Position numbers and translations under genes: made by a program
IMG/VR virus record: IMGVR_UViG_3300021376_002797
Coordinates: 1-64,000 of that record
Direction: 5' to 3' (one strand)
From: a virus
DNA: 64,000 bases
The notes under the pieces: generated by a model
What the model saw: the letters and a program-made list of their open reading frames with translations, nothing else
What the model was told of the DNA's origin: nothing
Database searches by the model: none
Shown: positions 1-9,729 of the stretch, one piece after another
Layout: every line of letters starts with the position of its first letter
Numbering within the stretch: the first letter of the stretch is position 1

Positions 1-64
1 CACAAAAAAAAATTCTGGAAAATTTTTCAGAAAATCGGAGTATTTATAATTAAACAAATATATT

Positions 65-561
65 ATGAGAACAATTAATGAATATAAAAACAGATTCAAT
101 CAATTATTGGAAATGTGAAACCATTAATTATGGAACAGGGAAAAACCCTTGTTAAATTGTTAAAAGGAAAGGAGTTAACTGGTTTTAAAAAAGATTCAAT
201 ATTACCAGAAGGAAACGGTATTAATTTTCTTTCTGACGACAATGAAATTATAATTAAAATGAGGATGTATCCAAAAAAGGGTTATATCAGCACAATAATG
301 ATGACTTCAAGTTCAGGACATTCAAAAACGGTAAAAGCATTGTATGACTCATTGGTCAATGTAGGGGATTTTAAAGACGTAGATGGAAAATATGATGATT
401 TATATGGTTTTAAATATAATGATGAGGGAGATGGTTTGGTTGGTACTGACAAAGGTTTAGGAGTATATGCTATAATAAACAATTCAACTAATGAAATAAA
501 TAAAATTTTTGATACTTTGGCTACTACATATAATAATAATAGACCAACTACTCAAAATTGA
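65..561 (+). pseudogene. Hypothetical protein whose N-terminal leader (65-118) is out of frame with the body (115-561)
   Basis: ATG at 65 follows TATTTATA (41-48) and reads MRTINEYKNRFNQLLEM-stop. VKPLIMEQ continues in another frame. An intact version of this leader occurs at 2116 (MKTILEYNKRFYQLIGSTIGDVKPLINE). Confidence 0.55.
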
Positions 562-652
562 TAATACGATGACACTTTAACCACAGCCCCTCTTTAATTC
601 AACGAATGAGGGTTTTTTTTATTTTATGGTATATTTATATTAAAATAATAAT

Positions 653-985
653 ATGAAAAGAATAATTAGATTAACAGAATCAGATCTTACAAGAATTGTA
701 AGACGAGTAATTAATGAACAGAAGGAACTAGAATCGATTTTAAATCCACAAATCAAGTTACCTTCTGTGTCCGACGGATGTGAATCTGTTTGGGAAAAAA
801 TATCGAATAACGGAGATATTATAAGAAAAAAAGGTTTTATTTGTGAACAAAAAAGGGAGGATGTTCTCGAATACCTTGTAAAAGAAATGTCAAAAAAATA
901 CCCATCAAATAATATTCCAGAAGACATGAAAGACGAAATGATAGGATGTCTAACTAAAAAATTTACAGTTTGGTGTGAATCTTAG
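653..985 (+). CDS. Hypothetical protein with MKRIIRLTESDL-type leader
   Basis: TATTTATA at 632-639; leader shared with 40536 and 50901. Confidence 0.8.
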   Translation: MKRIIRLTESDLTRIVRRVINEQKELESILNPQIKLPSVSDGCESVWEKISNNGDIIRKKGFICEQKREDVLEYLVKEMSKKYPSNNIPEDMKDEMIGCLTKKFTVWCES

Positions 986-1048
986 GGTAAAATTTAAAAT
1001 TAATATATTTATAAATAAAAAAACTTACAAAAAAATATTAATAAACTT

Positions 1049-1078
1049 AACCCCCCTACAACAAATAGGGGGTTTTTT
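1049..1078 (+). terminator. Intrinsic terminator
   Basis: CCCCCTA-caacaaa-TAGGGGG followed by a T tract. Confidence 0.8.
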
Positions 1079-1102
1079 ATTTCCTTCTATAATTATCTTT
1101 AA

Positions 1103-2029
1103 ATGAAAATCATTATTACAAAAGAACAATATAGACTCTTGGTTTTTTCTCTTCTTGAAACATTGGTTGGCAAACTTTCAATTAAAACCATTAAAGACAA
1201 ATGGAAAGAAAATAATGATAAATCTGACCATCATGATTTATATGATGAATCGGGTGAAGATATTGCAACCATTTGGGTTAAAGGTGATCTCCGTAATAAG
1301 GGTTGCAAAAAAGATTTAACACTTGAAAATGGTTTTACACAATCCCTTGAAAATTATATTCCATATTATAAACATGATATATTTTCTGAAGTTTTAATTG
1401 AATATGTTTATAAATATACAAAAATTAAATGTGACTGCATTCAATACGATTATGATTATAAACACCATGTTGAAAAAGATGATGATGGTGAAGAATATGA
1501 GTATACCGATGCTAAAACAAGAAAGTATAATGTAAAAAAGAAAAAGAAGATTAAAGAATCCGTTGATGGTAAATCTTCATTGGAAAATTTAATTCATCAA
1601 TTTTTAAATGATGACTTTAATCCTGATAAAGTAAGTGGTTTTGATACTAATTGGGGTGATCCTAAAATATTAGATTTATATCGTAAGCATGGTTCGCTTG
1701 CATTTTATATAAATGATTCTGCATCGTACATTTATTACAGTGATGGGACTTTGGAGATTATGCCTTGGGTTTTTGAAAAATTAGATTATTATTTTAATGA
1801 CCTTTGGTATCCATCATTTAAATCTTGGTTTGAAGAAAACTCTGGACTAAAAGTAAGTATGATGGTGGACTATAGAAACAACAATCGGTTGTTAGAAGAG
1901 TCCATTGATAATTCTAATATTGTTGAAAAAATAATGGAATATGCTGGCATTAAATATGATGGCCATGAGTTTCTTGGAAGATCCTATGATAATTTTGGTT
2001 TTGATTATACCGATAATGAAATTCCTTAA
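1103..2029 (+). CDS. Hypothetical protein (MKIIITKEQY leader, modular)
   Basis: 308-aa ORF; leader resembles that of 12991. Confidence 0.75.
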   Translation: MKIIITKEQYRLLVFSLLETLVGKLSIKTIKDKWKENNDKSDHHDLYDESGEDIATIWVKGDLRNKGCKKDLTLENGFTQSLENYIPYYKHDIFSEVLIEYVYKYTKIKCDCIQYDYDYKHHVEKDDDGEEYEYTDAKTRKYNVKKKKKIKESVDGKSSLENLIHQFLNDDFNPDKVSGFDTNWGDPKILDLYRKHGSLAFYINDSASYIYYSDGTLEIMPWVFEKLDYYFNDLWYPSFKSWFEENSGLKVSMMVDYRNNNRLLEESIDNSNIVEKIMEYAGIKYDGHEFLGRSYDNFGFDYTDNEIP

Positions 2030-2115
2030 AAAACTAAAAATTGCCGAAATGGGGTTTAGATTTTTTGTTATATCAGATATTTATTTTGGAGAAAATGAGG
2101 ATTAATAATTATAAT

Positions 2116-3201
2116 ATGAAAACAATTTTAGAATATAATAAAAGATTTTATCAATTAATTGGGTCAACAATCGGTGATGTAAAACCATTAATTAATGAGT
2201 CTGAAAAAGATCCTGGAACAGGAATAAATACTTATGGTTATGCTATGGGTACTTACCCAACCTGTATTGGTGCCCGTGTCATCTGTCCAGGAGGAACCAA
2301 TGGTGATTGGGAGGGATCATTACCTAAAGTGTTGGAAATATGTAGTTTAACTAACTTAACACCAGGCTCTCAAAAAAGATGGAAAAAACTTAGTGCTTCA
2401 GGAAACATATCCAATCACTGGTGCGGTTTACCATATCAATATGGTGTTGATTTACCATGTAATCTAAATGATGGTGATAGAGGGTATGAAAATATTAAAG
2501 AGGGATTATTAGGTATGGGTTGGATAACAGAGACAGATGCTAAAAGTATCAATTGGAAACCCGCAAATAAAAATTATACAACATTTAGACATGACGGTTT
2601 TAAATGTCAAGTTTTATGGAGATGTGATGGGGATCATTTAGACCATATACATGTTGGTTGTAAAAAAGAAAACCCGTCAGTTGATAAAATGTCTGAAGAT
2701 TGTACATATAAAGATTCTATTAGTAACCCTAAATTAACCTTATCCAACTTTAAAAAAATATGGGAAGATAAAGTTGAAAAAGAAATAAAAAGTATGTTTT
2801 CAATTGAAAACCCTATAAGTTATGGACCCGATTTAATCAAGGTAGTTCCATTCAAAGATGCTTATTCAACTCTTGAGTATACATTTTTAGAGTATGCGAA
2901 CATATCATTTATTGGTGATGGTACGGTGGGTGTTAGTATAATTGCCTGGGGTGAAAGAAAAATTGATGAACTAACCCCTTTTATGTTTTTTATAGATGTT
3001 TACAAATCTGACAAAAATGGTATGAGTGTTGGAGAAATAAAAAGATTCGGATTTTTTGAAAACCAAAGTATTGGTACTTTAGAAACCGCAGCGGTTGACG
3101 CTAAAAATTACTTTTTTGGTCTTTGTAAACAATTTAAAGAGTACCCATATTCTAAAGAAGGACCGAAGGAATTTGAAAATGAAAATCCATTTGAAATTTA
3201 A
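2116..3201 (+). CDS. Putative Zn peptidase (M15/DD-peptidase-like) domain protein, paralog of 14782-16050
   Basis: SNH...D...HxDHIHVG motif; ~150-aa domain shared with 14782-16050; start moved to the ATG that begins the leader. Confidence 0.55.
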   Translation: MKTILEYNKRFYQLIGSTIGDVKPLINESEKDPGTGINTYGYAMGTYPTCIGARVICPGGTNGDWEGSLPKVLEICSLTNLTPGSQKRWKKLSASGNISNHWCGLPYQYGVDLPCNLNDGDRGYENIKEGLLGMGWITETDAKSINWKPANKNYTTFRHDGFKCQVLWRCDGDHLDHIHVGCKKENPSVDKMSEDCTYKDSISNPKLTLSNFKKIWEDKVEKEIKSMFSIENPISYGPDLIKVVPFKDAYSTLEYTFLEYANISFIGDGTVGVSIIAWGERKIDELTPFMFFIDVYKSDKNGMSVGEIKRFGFFENQSIGTLETAAVDAKNYFFGLCKQFKEYPYSKEGPKEFENENPFEI

Positions 3202-3206
3202 AATTG

Positions 3207-3238
3207 TTTGACATAATTTACTGATTTTTTTATTTTTG
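3207..3238 (+). promoter_or_regulatory. Bacteroidota-type primary-sigma promoter
   Basis: TTTG(3207)-N20-TATTTTTG(3231-3238), 4 nt before ATG 3243. Confidence 0.6.
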
Positions 3239-3242
3239 AGGT

Positions 3243-3761
3243 ATGTTTCACAATACCTTTAACCCAAACCACCTACCAAAAGTTAGTAGAACCTTTTCAA
3301 ATTCAAGATACCCATTTCAATATTATCATAGATTGATTGAAGAATTTTTTTCTTTTATGTATGAAGGGATTGATTTTAGAATTATTTCATATATAGAAGG
3401 TTATAAAATATTAATATTCGATGTTAATCTATATGAACTATATAACCCTGTTACTTTTGACCCATGTTATAAAGTAAAGTTGGGAATAGATTTTAAATAC
3501 ATAAGACAATTTGAATTTTTTGAAACCTTTTATTCGTATATTCCTGACATTGTCCCGTATCTAAAATTTAAACTTATTGTTCCAAGAGACTATCATTCAA
3601 CAATTATTAATATTGATCATAATGGTTGTTTTAAAGTATTTGATTTAAATGAATTTTATATCAGAGAGGAAGGTACTAGACAATATAGAAAAAATGAATA
3701 TAATATTGAAAATAGACCGAGTAACAATATGGTTAGATATGATGATTTTGGTTGGGGGTAA
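3243..3761 (+). CDS. Hypothetical protein
   Basis: 172-aa ORF with promoter. Confidence 0.7.
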   Translation: MFHNTFNPNHLPKVSRTFSNSRYPFQYYHRLIEEFFSFMYEGIDFRIISYIEGYKILIFDVNLYELYNPVTFDPCYKVKLGIDFKYIRQFEFFETFYSYIPDIVPYLKFKLIVPRDYHSTIINIDHNGCFKVFDLNEFYIREEGTRQYRKNEYNIENRPSNNMVRYDDFGWG

Positions 3762-3774
3762 TATTTATTTTTGA

Positions 3775-4002
3775 ATGAAAGATCAATTAAAAAAAATCCT
3801 TACAGTAGTATTAGAAGAAAAATATCCTGAAGTCAAAAATATTATTCTTGTACCTGATGAGTATACCCTAAATAAATTTGACTGTATATTAAATATTAAT
3901 TACGAAGACTTTTTGAACATGGATGCAGGAGAGTTGAAAAATTTAATAAAAGATTACGCGAGATATATGGGTGCAAAAATCGGTACGGTTGTGTTCTATT
4001 AA
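3775..4002 (+). CDS. Hypothetical protein
   Basis: 75-aa ORF after TATTTAT. Confidence 0.7.
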   Translation: MKDQLKKILTVVLEEKYPEVKNIILVPDEYTLNKFDCILNINYEDFLNMDAGELKNLIKDYARYMGAKIGTVVFY

Positions 4003-4014
4003 GTATTTATTATT

Positions 4015-4712
4015 ATGGATGAAAAAATAATCAAAATTTATTATGAAAATTTTTTGGAAGATGAATATGATTTTAATGGAATTATATTAACCCCTTATCT
4101 TAATAGAGAAGGAGATAAAATTGATTGGGTGGTAGATAACCCACAAAAATTATCTGTTTCTAAATCAATCATTTTAGATTTTGTCCATGATTTATTTTAT
4201 GATTTTTGTTTGTATGTTGCATCAGGAAAAAACGGACAAATGGAAACGTATCGTGAGCTACATAAAAAAGCAACTAATTTATCTCTTACATTTAGCTTTC
4301 CAAAAGGAGATGTTTTTTTAAATCAAAAAGATAAGTTAAAACTTTCAGCATCATTAGAAAAATTAATCAAATAAATTCCAAAGTAAGGGGAGGTAATCAT
4401 TACATATTTGATATTGAAATTGAAGATTATGAGTTTGATAATACTTTTGGTGAGGATTTCTACTGTGCGTTTGAGGTTATTTTTTTATCAGGAACAAAAA
4501 ACGGAGAAAAAATAAAAGATAGTGAAATGGAAGAATGTATTGGTAATGTTTTTAGAGATGATAGTTTTATTGACTATCAGAATAATTTAATGTTTAAGTT
4601 TTGGGATTATATAGTATATAACCCACTTTTATTTAATAATAAATTAACTTATTATACTAATGATTTTATTCCTTATGATAAAAATGGAAAAAGAATTATT
4701 ATCAATTACTAA
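4015..4712 (+). pseudogene. Frameshifted hypothetical gene, paralog of 11023-11673
   Basis: One more A in the A5 run at 4358-4362 joins ORF 4015-4374 to an open frame running into 4527-4712; shares NP, F/LN and TKNG motifs with 11023. Confidence 0.6.
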
Positions 4713-4734
4713 GTATTTATAAAAAAAAGAAATT

Positions 4735-5031
4735 ATGAAAGCAACACAAAGACAACTAGAAAATTTAATTAGAAGAATAATTAAAGAACAAGAGGAAGGT
4801 GAAAATGAGTTAACAAACATTTTTGCTGAAAAAGGTTATTCTAACATTCCTGAAGCATGTAAATCAAAAACGGATCCTTCAACAGGAGAAGTAACATCAA
4901 ACGTAAAATTATGTTTTGAGGAATTCCAAAAAGCTAACCAACAAGTTATGGATATTGCAAACGCCTTGAAAGAACTTATGGATGAGAAAGGAATACAAAT
5001 GGAATCGAGAAGATTTAGAAGAAGATACTAA
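4735..5031 (+). CDS. Hypothetical protein with leader (QLENLIRRIIKEQ)
   Basis: TATTTATA at 4714. Confidence 0.75.
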   Translation: MKATQRQLENLIRRIIKEQEEGENELTNIFAEKGYSNIPEACKSKTDPSTGEVTSNVKLCFEEFQKANQQVMDIANALKELMDEKGIQMESRRFRRRY

Positions 5032-5034
5032 TCT

Positions 5035-5967
5035 ATGAACAAACTCCTTATTGAAAATATCAATCGTATTAGGAGATTAATGCTTATAAGTGAGCAAATA
5101 GAAAAAGAATGCATACAAGGCGATTGTGAAAATGGAAAAGGTATTTTAAAAATACCTGAAGATGAAAACACAGCTTCTGAAGATTTTTATAGTTTATCTG
5201 AAAAATTATTTGATGGGTATTTTATTAATGGGGAACCATACCCGGAAAGTGGTTTCGATGTAACATATAAAACATCTTATGGTGATGTTAAATATTTTGG
5301 TCATATCAATAAAGAATTTGGTATGATTGAATATGGTGAATTAACATTCCCCGATGGGACAATTTATAAGGGTGTCTTTAATCAAGAAAAACTAGGGGAC
5401 CATGTAAAGTTAGATTGTGATCGTATAATAAAAGACAATATGGTCCAAAATTGGGATCCATACACACAGAAACATAAAAATGTCCAAATAGATGATTTAT
5501 ATGATTATCATTTTTTATTACCGTTAAGAGAAAAAGAGGAAGAAGACAAAAAAAAAAGTAGGGAAGAAGAGATTCAAAAAAATATAAAAAAAAGAAAAGA
5601 GGAAGAGGATAGACTAAAACAAGAAAAAGAAGAAGTAAAAAAATCAGATATTGAAAAAATAAAAAACCAACAAGATAAAATTGAAAGTTTACTACCTAAA
5701 TACGTTAGGGATGTTCAAAACTATATTGATAATAAAAAATGTAATTTATTATATGATAAAATTAAATCTATGGTAGAAACAGGTAAGATAGACACTATAG
5801 ATAAATACAATGATTTTGAAGAACTTTGTCAAACTAAATTGTCAATTGATACTCAAACAGGTGAGCCTTATTTAGAAAAGTACTCTAAATATAATAACGG
5901 TCTTTATGATGCGATAACAAAATCGTGTTTAGATTATGATTGGGATTTTTTATCTTTTGTAAAATAG
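5035..5967 (+). CDS. MORN-like and coiled-coil protein with leader
   Basis: CIQGDCENGKG and GELTFPDGTIYKGVF MORN-like motifs. Confidence 0.6.
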   Translation: MNKLLIENINRIRRLMLISEQIEKECIQGDCENGKGILKIPEDENTASEDFYSLSEKLFDGYFINGEPYPESGFDVTYKTSYGDVKYFGHINKEFGMIEYGELTFPDGTIYKGVFNQEKLGDHVKLDCDRIIKDNMVQNWDPYTQKHKNVQIDDLYDYHFLLPLREKEEEDKKKSREEEIQKNIKKRKEEEDRLKQEKEEVKKSDIEKIKNQQDKIESLLPKYVRDVQNYIDNKKCNLLYDKIKSMVETGKIDTIDKYNDFEELCQTKLSIDTQTGEPYLEKYSKYNNGLYDAITKSCLDYDWDFLSFVK

Positions 5968-5978
5968 TTTTACGAATT

Positions 5979-6413
5979 ATGTTTTCTGAAAAAGAAATAG
6001 AAAAAATTAATAGGTTTTTATCGGACCAAACTTTTGAGTGTTCTGTGCCATTTTTTGGAATTGATGGACCTAAATATGGGATTGAATATAGATTCAAGAT
6101 TGTTGGGGAAAGAAGGATGATTTCAGTTGGCGAGTACTATATGTATTCTGAAGTTGATATAGAAATTTTAGATATTGAAGAAAAATTTAAATTATACTTT
6201 AAAATAATGGGTAAAGATTTTGATAAAGATAGGTTGGTTAGAATATTTTTTGAAAAGGAGTACACATTTAACCATGGTATAAAACAATGTATCGATGAAA
6301 ATTTAAAATATTTTACGAATGGAGATTACCCAAGAGTGACTATAAAAAATATTACAATGTCTGATGAATTATACGAAAACATTATAAATAAAGATACTGA
6401 AAATACGGCTTAG
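5979..6413 (+). CDS. Hypothetical protein
   Basis: ORF; start moved to MFSEKE to avoid overlap. Confidence 0.7.
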   Translation: MFSEKEIEKINRFLSDQTFECSVPFFGIDGPKYGIEYRFKIVGERRMISVGEYYMYSEVDIEILDIEEKFKLYFKIMGKDFDKDRLVRIFFEKEYTFNHGIKQCIDENLKYFTNGDYPRVTIKNITMSDELYENIINKDTENTA

Positions 6414-6470
6414 GACCGATATTGCTACGGCAATAAAAACCCCCATAAGTGTCGCTACCTGTGGGGGTTT
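6406..6470. terminator. Three-hairpin element including a probable bidirectional terminator
   Basis: CGG-cttagga-CCG, TATTGC-tacg-GCAATA, then AAACCCCCATA...TGTGGGGGTTT between convergent genes. Confidence 0.65.
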
Positions 6471-6477
6471 ATTATTT

Positions 6478-6903
6478 TTATTGAATATCTAAAACCTCTA
6501 AATCAAAAATAAGTTTTTGACCCGCCAAAGGATGATTGGCATCCAAAATAACACTCTCTTCTTTTATTTCTTTAACAATGAATTGAACAGGACCCATCTG
6601 TGTATCGGCTTGTAAATGCATACCAACCTCAACCTCACCTGGCATTTGTTCTTTTTTAACTTCTTGAATCATAAAATCATTGTACTTACCATATGCGTCT
6701 TCAGATTCAATCTCAACAGTTTTTTTCTCACCCACAAACATATCATGTAAACCTGACTCAAAACCTTTTATTAATTGACCTTGACCTAAAGTTGCTGTTA
6801 ATGGTTCTCTTCCTTCAACAACAGATGAATCAAAAATACTACCATCTTCTAACCTTCCTGTGTAATTGACAGTCACAGTACTGTTTGTTTCTACTTTTTT
6901 CAT
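6478..6903 (-). CDS. FKBP-type peptidyl-prolyl isomerase (SlyD/SlpA-like, with insert-in-flap domain)
   Basis: VNYTGRLEDGSIFDSS, LGQGQLIKGFE, LDANHPLAGQKLIFDLEV. Confidence 0.93.
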   Translation of the reverse strand: MKKVETNSTVTVNYTGRLEDGSIFDSSVVEGREPLTATLGQGQLIKGFESGLHDMFVGEKKTVEIESEDAYGKYNDFMIQEVKKEQMPGEVEVGMHLQADTQMGPVQFIVKEIKEESVILDANHPLAGQKLIFDLEVLDIQ

Positions 6904-6972
6904 AAAATTATTTTTTTTATAATTGTATTAAATTTTTAATTAATTGTAAAACTATTTATAAAAAAAACTATT

Positions 6973-7233
6973 ATGAATCAAAGACAAAAAGAATTAATCA
7001 GACAAAAAAACATCCTTACTGAACTGGCATATTTCGAAAAGAAATATTTAAACGAAGATGTTAAATTTACAATGGGTGCCGACAAAAAAATAATAAAGGT
7101 GGTTAATGGTTTACCATCAAAAGATATTACTCCTGAAGAGAGTTCCGAGATTTCATTGGTGAAAACAACTGACGATGATGAAAACATTTTGGCGGCAGTT
7201 GAAAAACTTAATAGAAAGTTCAGAAAAAAGTAA
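6973..7233 (+). CDS. Hypothetical protein
   Basis: TATTTATA at 6953. Confidence 0.7.
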   Translation: MNQRQKELIRQKNILTELAYFEKKYLNEDVKFTMGADKKIIKVVNGLPSKDITPEESSEISLVKTTDDDENILAAVEKLNRKFRKK

Positions 7234-7253
7234 TTTTTTATTATCTTTGTATT

Positions 7254-7550
7254 ATGGAAAATTTAAACGACTTGGGATTACCCGAAATAAAATCACTTTG
7301 TAAAAAATACGATATAGGAACTGTTGGTGACAAAAAAGGTCTCATCAAAAAACTAAAGTATTTTTTGGATCCTGTGGAAGGAACATTAAATCAACACGCA
7401 GGAAGAAAACTACCACCTAATAAAAAAATTGTGGGACTTAAAATATCTGAAAAAGATAAGTTAAATCTAATCCTTAGGAATAAAGGAATTTTTCTTTATT
7501 ACTCATTTGGGTTTCAGTATTACATGGTGGATAAACAATTAGAAGTATGA
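7254..7550 (+). CDS. SAP-like DNA-binding domain protein
   Basis: LGLPEIKSLCKKYDIGTVGDKKGLIKKL resembles a SAP motif; TATCTTTG 4 nt upstream of ATG. Confidence 0.55.
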   Translation: MENLNDLGLPEIKSLCKKYDIGTVGDKKGLIKKLKYFLDPVEGTLNQHAGRKLPPNKKIVGLKISEKDKLNLILRNKGIFLYYSFGFQYYMVDKQLEV

Positions 7551-7564
7551 TGTATTTATAGAAT

Positions 7565-8044
7565 ATGGAAGACTTATCAAAAAAATATGATGAAAGAACT
7601 CTAAGGTTAATTATTTCGACCTTATTAGAAGTATTCGAAGAAGAGAGTTTAGACTATGAAAACAATTTTGATGATACTATTTGTGATCATATAGATGACT
7701 CGTTAAAATATATTGGAATTAATATTAAAAATTGGGACGATTATACTTTTTATGTTCAACTTGTAAGAATTAACCCTAATTATAAAACTGAAAGTATTAA
7801 AGTTCCAGAATTAGGTAAGTATGAAGTGAATTTAGATGTTACACTAACTGAATCTGCGGTTGAAACTTGGAGACACGATGTTTATTCATATTTTGATCAA
7901 CAAAATTTAATTAAAGAACAATTAACAAATTATCCCGACCATTCATATTGGGAAGGTGAAATGATTGATAGAGACGTATATGACACTTACACAGATGATG
8001 TTAGAGTTTCTCACGTAGAAAGAGTTAATAAGTTTAGAAAATGA
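7565..8044 (+). CDS. Hypothetical protein
   Basis: TATTTATA at 7553. Confidence 0.75.
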   Translation: MEDLSKKYDERTLRLIISTLLEVFEEESLDYENNFDDTICDHIDDSLKYIGINIKNWDDYTFYVQLVRINPNYKTESIKVPELGKYEVNLDVTLTESAVETWRHDVYSYFDQQNLIKEQLTNYPDHSYWEGEMIDRDVYDTYTDDVRVSHVERVNKFRK

Positions 8045-9201
8045 AAAGTAGATTTGTCATATCAGAAAATGATAGACGAAGTATTTTGTCTATGTATGGT
8101 TTATTGACTGAGCAAGTAAAAAAAACAATTTCAGGTAAAGTAGTTAGATTTGGTTATTATAGTGATATAATTAGTAATACACCGGCACCTAATGTTAAAG
8201 TAGACTTATTAAAATTGGTTTCTTTGGGGGACATAGATGAATTAAGTTTAGTTGATACTCAAGAAACTGATATGTTAGGAACATTCAAATTCGAAGGATT
8301 AGACAGCTTTGAAAATTTAATTATTAGATCAAATGAAAATGATTTTTACGAAGAAAAGGAATTAAATGTCCCAAATAAAAAAGAAAACGAACAAGAAATA
8401 ACCATTCAAGTTAAGTTCAAAGAAAATAAAGAACAAAAAAATATAGACCAAACAATAAAAGAACCTTGTCATAATTATACCTCAGACAAAAAAACATTTT
8501 ACGGTAAAGCTAAATCAGAAAAATTTAATCCTAATGACGATAAATATGTTTATGATCAAATAGTAATAGATGCGAAAATAGACGCATTAAAACAATATTT
8601 TATTATTTATAATGTGTTTTTCGATATAAAGGATGAATTAATAGAAAAAATAAAAAAAGAAGACTCAATTAAATTTAAAATCGTTTGCTCAGAAAGGATT
8701 CTAAATGAAAAAAACATTTCTGTAAAATATATTACAGTCAAAATAAATAAAGAAGATTTAGATAACTTTACAAAAGAAAAACCTAAAGATGAGACACCAA
8801 AAGTCGAAAAAATAAATTTTCAAAATATTAATTTTAGAGACCTAATAAAAAAATCAAAAGATGAAAATAAATTTGCTTTTATTTTAATGACTAATTTTGG
8901 TGAGGTGGTTAGTGAAGATATTTTAAATAGACTTAATATTAATCAAGAAATGGTTAATAAAATTAATAGTGACTATATTGCGGTAAATTACATAAACGAT
9001 GAGTCAGATAAAGAAGGATATGTTTTGGCATCTAACACCTTAAATGTGTATACAATACCTTCAATTTTAGTAATAAAAGGTATAAAAGATCCTTACCCAA
9101 TATCAGGTTCATTTAGAATTATCAGTAAGAACACTGACTTTAGTGATTATTTTAATGATTTTACTAATTATTTAGAAAGAGTTAATAATTTAATCAAATA
9201 A
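8041..9201 (+). CDS. Leader-bearing protein with prealbumin/carboxypeptidase-regulatory-like and thioredoxin-like (no CxxC) regions
   Basis: TISGKV...APNVKVDL...ETDMLGTFKF; C-terminal YIAVN...NVYTIPSILVI. Confidence 0.5.
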   Translation: MKSRFVISENDRRSILSMYGLLTEQVKKTISGKVVRFGYYSDIISNTPAPNVKVDLLKLVSLGDIDELSLVDTQETDMLGTFKFEGLDSFENLIIRSNENDFYEEKELNVPNKKENEQEITIQVKFKENKEQKNIDQTIKEPCHNYTSDKKTFYGKAKSEKFNPNDDKYVYDQIVIDAKIDALKQYFIIYNVFFDIKDELIEKIKKEDSIKFKIVCSERILNEKNISVKYITVKINKEDLDNFTKEKPKDETPKVEKINFQNINFRDLIKKSKDENKFAFILMTNFGEVVSEDILNRLNINQEMVNKINSDYIAVNYINDESDKEGYVLASNTLNVYTIPSILVIKGIKDPYPISGSFRIISKNTDFSDYFNDFTNYLERVNNLIK

Positions 9202-9227
9202 TACAATATTTATAAAAAAAAACAATT

Positions 9228-9728
9228 ATGGAAAATTTAAAACAAGAGTTAAATGAAATGAAATTTTTATTTGGTTATAAACCAGGTAAAGTTATTTCAG
9301 AACAAAATATCCCTAACATGGACGAAGATATGGATGATGTTATGTTTGCAGATCCTGATGTTATGGAACCTGAAGTTAAACCTGACACCGATAGAGATGT
9401 TGAAGAAAGACCATCAAGACCAGGAAGACCTGACAGAGATCCAAGTAGATTGCCTTACACAGATCCTGATACTCACCCACAAGGTAGAAGAAGACCATCT
9501 ATGGATCATGATGAAATTGAATACGAATTAGAAATTGATAATAGACCAAGAGATGAAGTTGAATATGAATTAGAAATAGACGACGAGCCGATGATACCTA
9601 AAATTGCCGGTATGAGAAGAACAAACAGAGATGAAGTTAGTGAGCCTTTTGTTGATGATGTTGATTCTGAATATGAAAATAGTGATTTAGCAGATTTAGT
9701 AAAAAAATATTTAAGTAAGAGAGGTTAA
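9228..9728 (+). CDS. Acidic, Pro-rich hypothetical protein with leader
   Basis: TATTTATA at 9207; internal repeat DE(I/V)EYELEID. Confidence 0.75.
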   Translation: MENLKQELNEMKFLFGYKPGKVISEQNIPNMDEDMDDVMFADPDVMEPEVKPDTDRDVEERPSRPGRPDRDPSRLPYTDPDTHPQGRRRPSMDHDEIEYELEIDNRPRDEVEYELEIDDEPMIPKIAGMRRTNRDEVSEPFVDDVDSEYENSDLADLVKKYLSKRG

Positions 9729-9729
9729 T

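Noticed and set aside
6356-6385. Hammerhead-like CTGATGA...GAAA
   Set aside because: No stem II or three-way junction; it lies in coding sequence (MSDELYEN)
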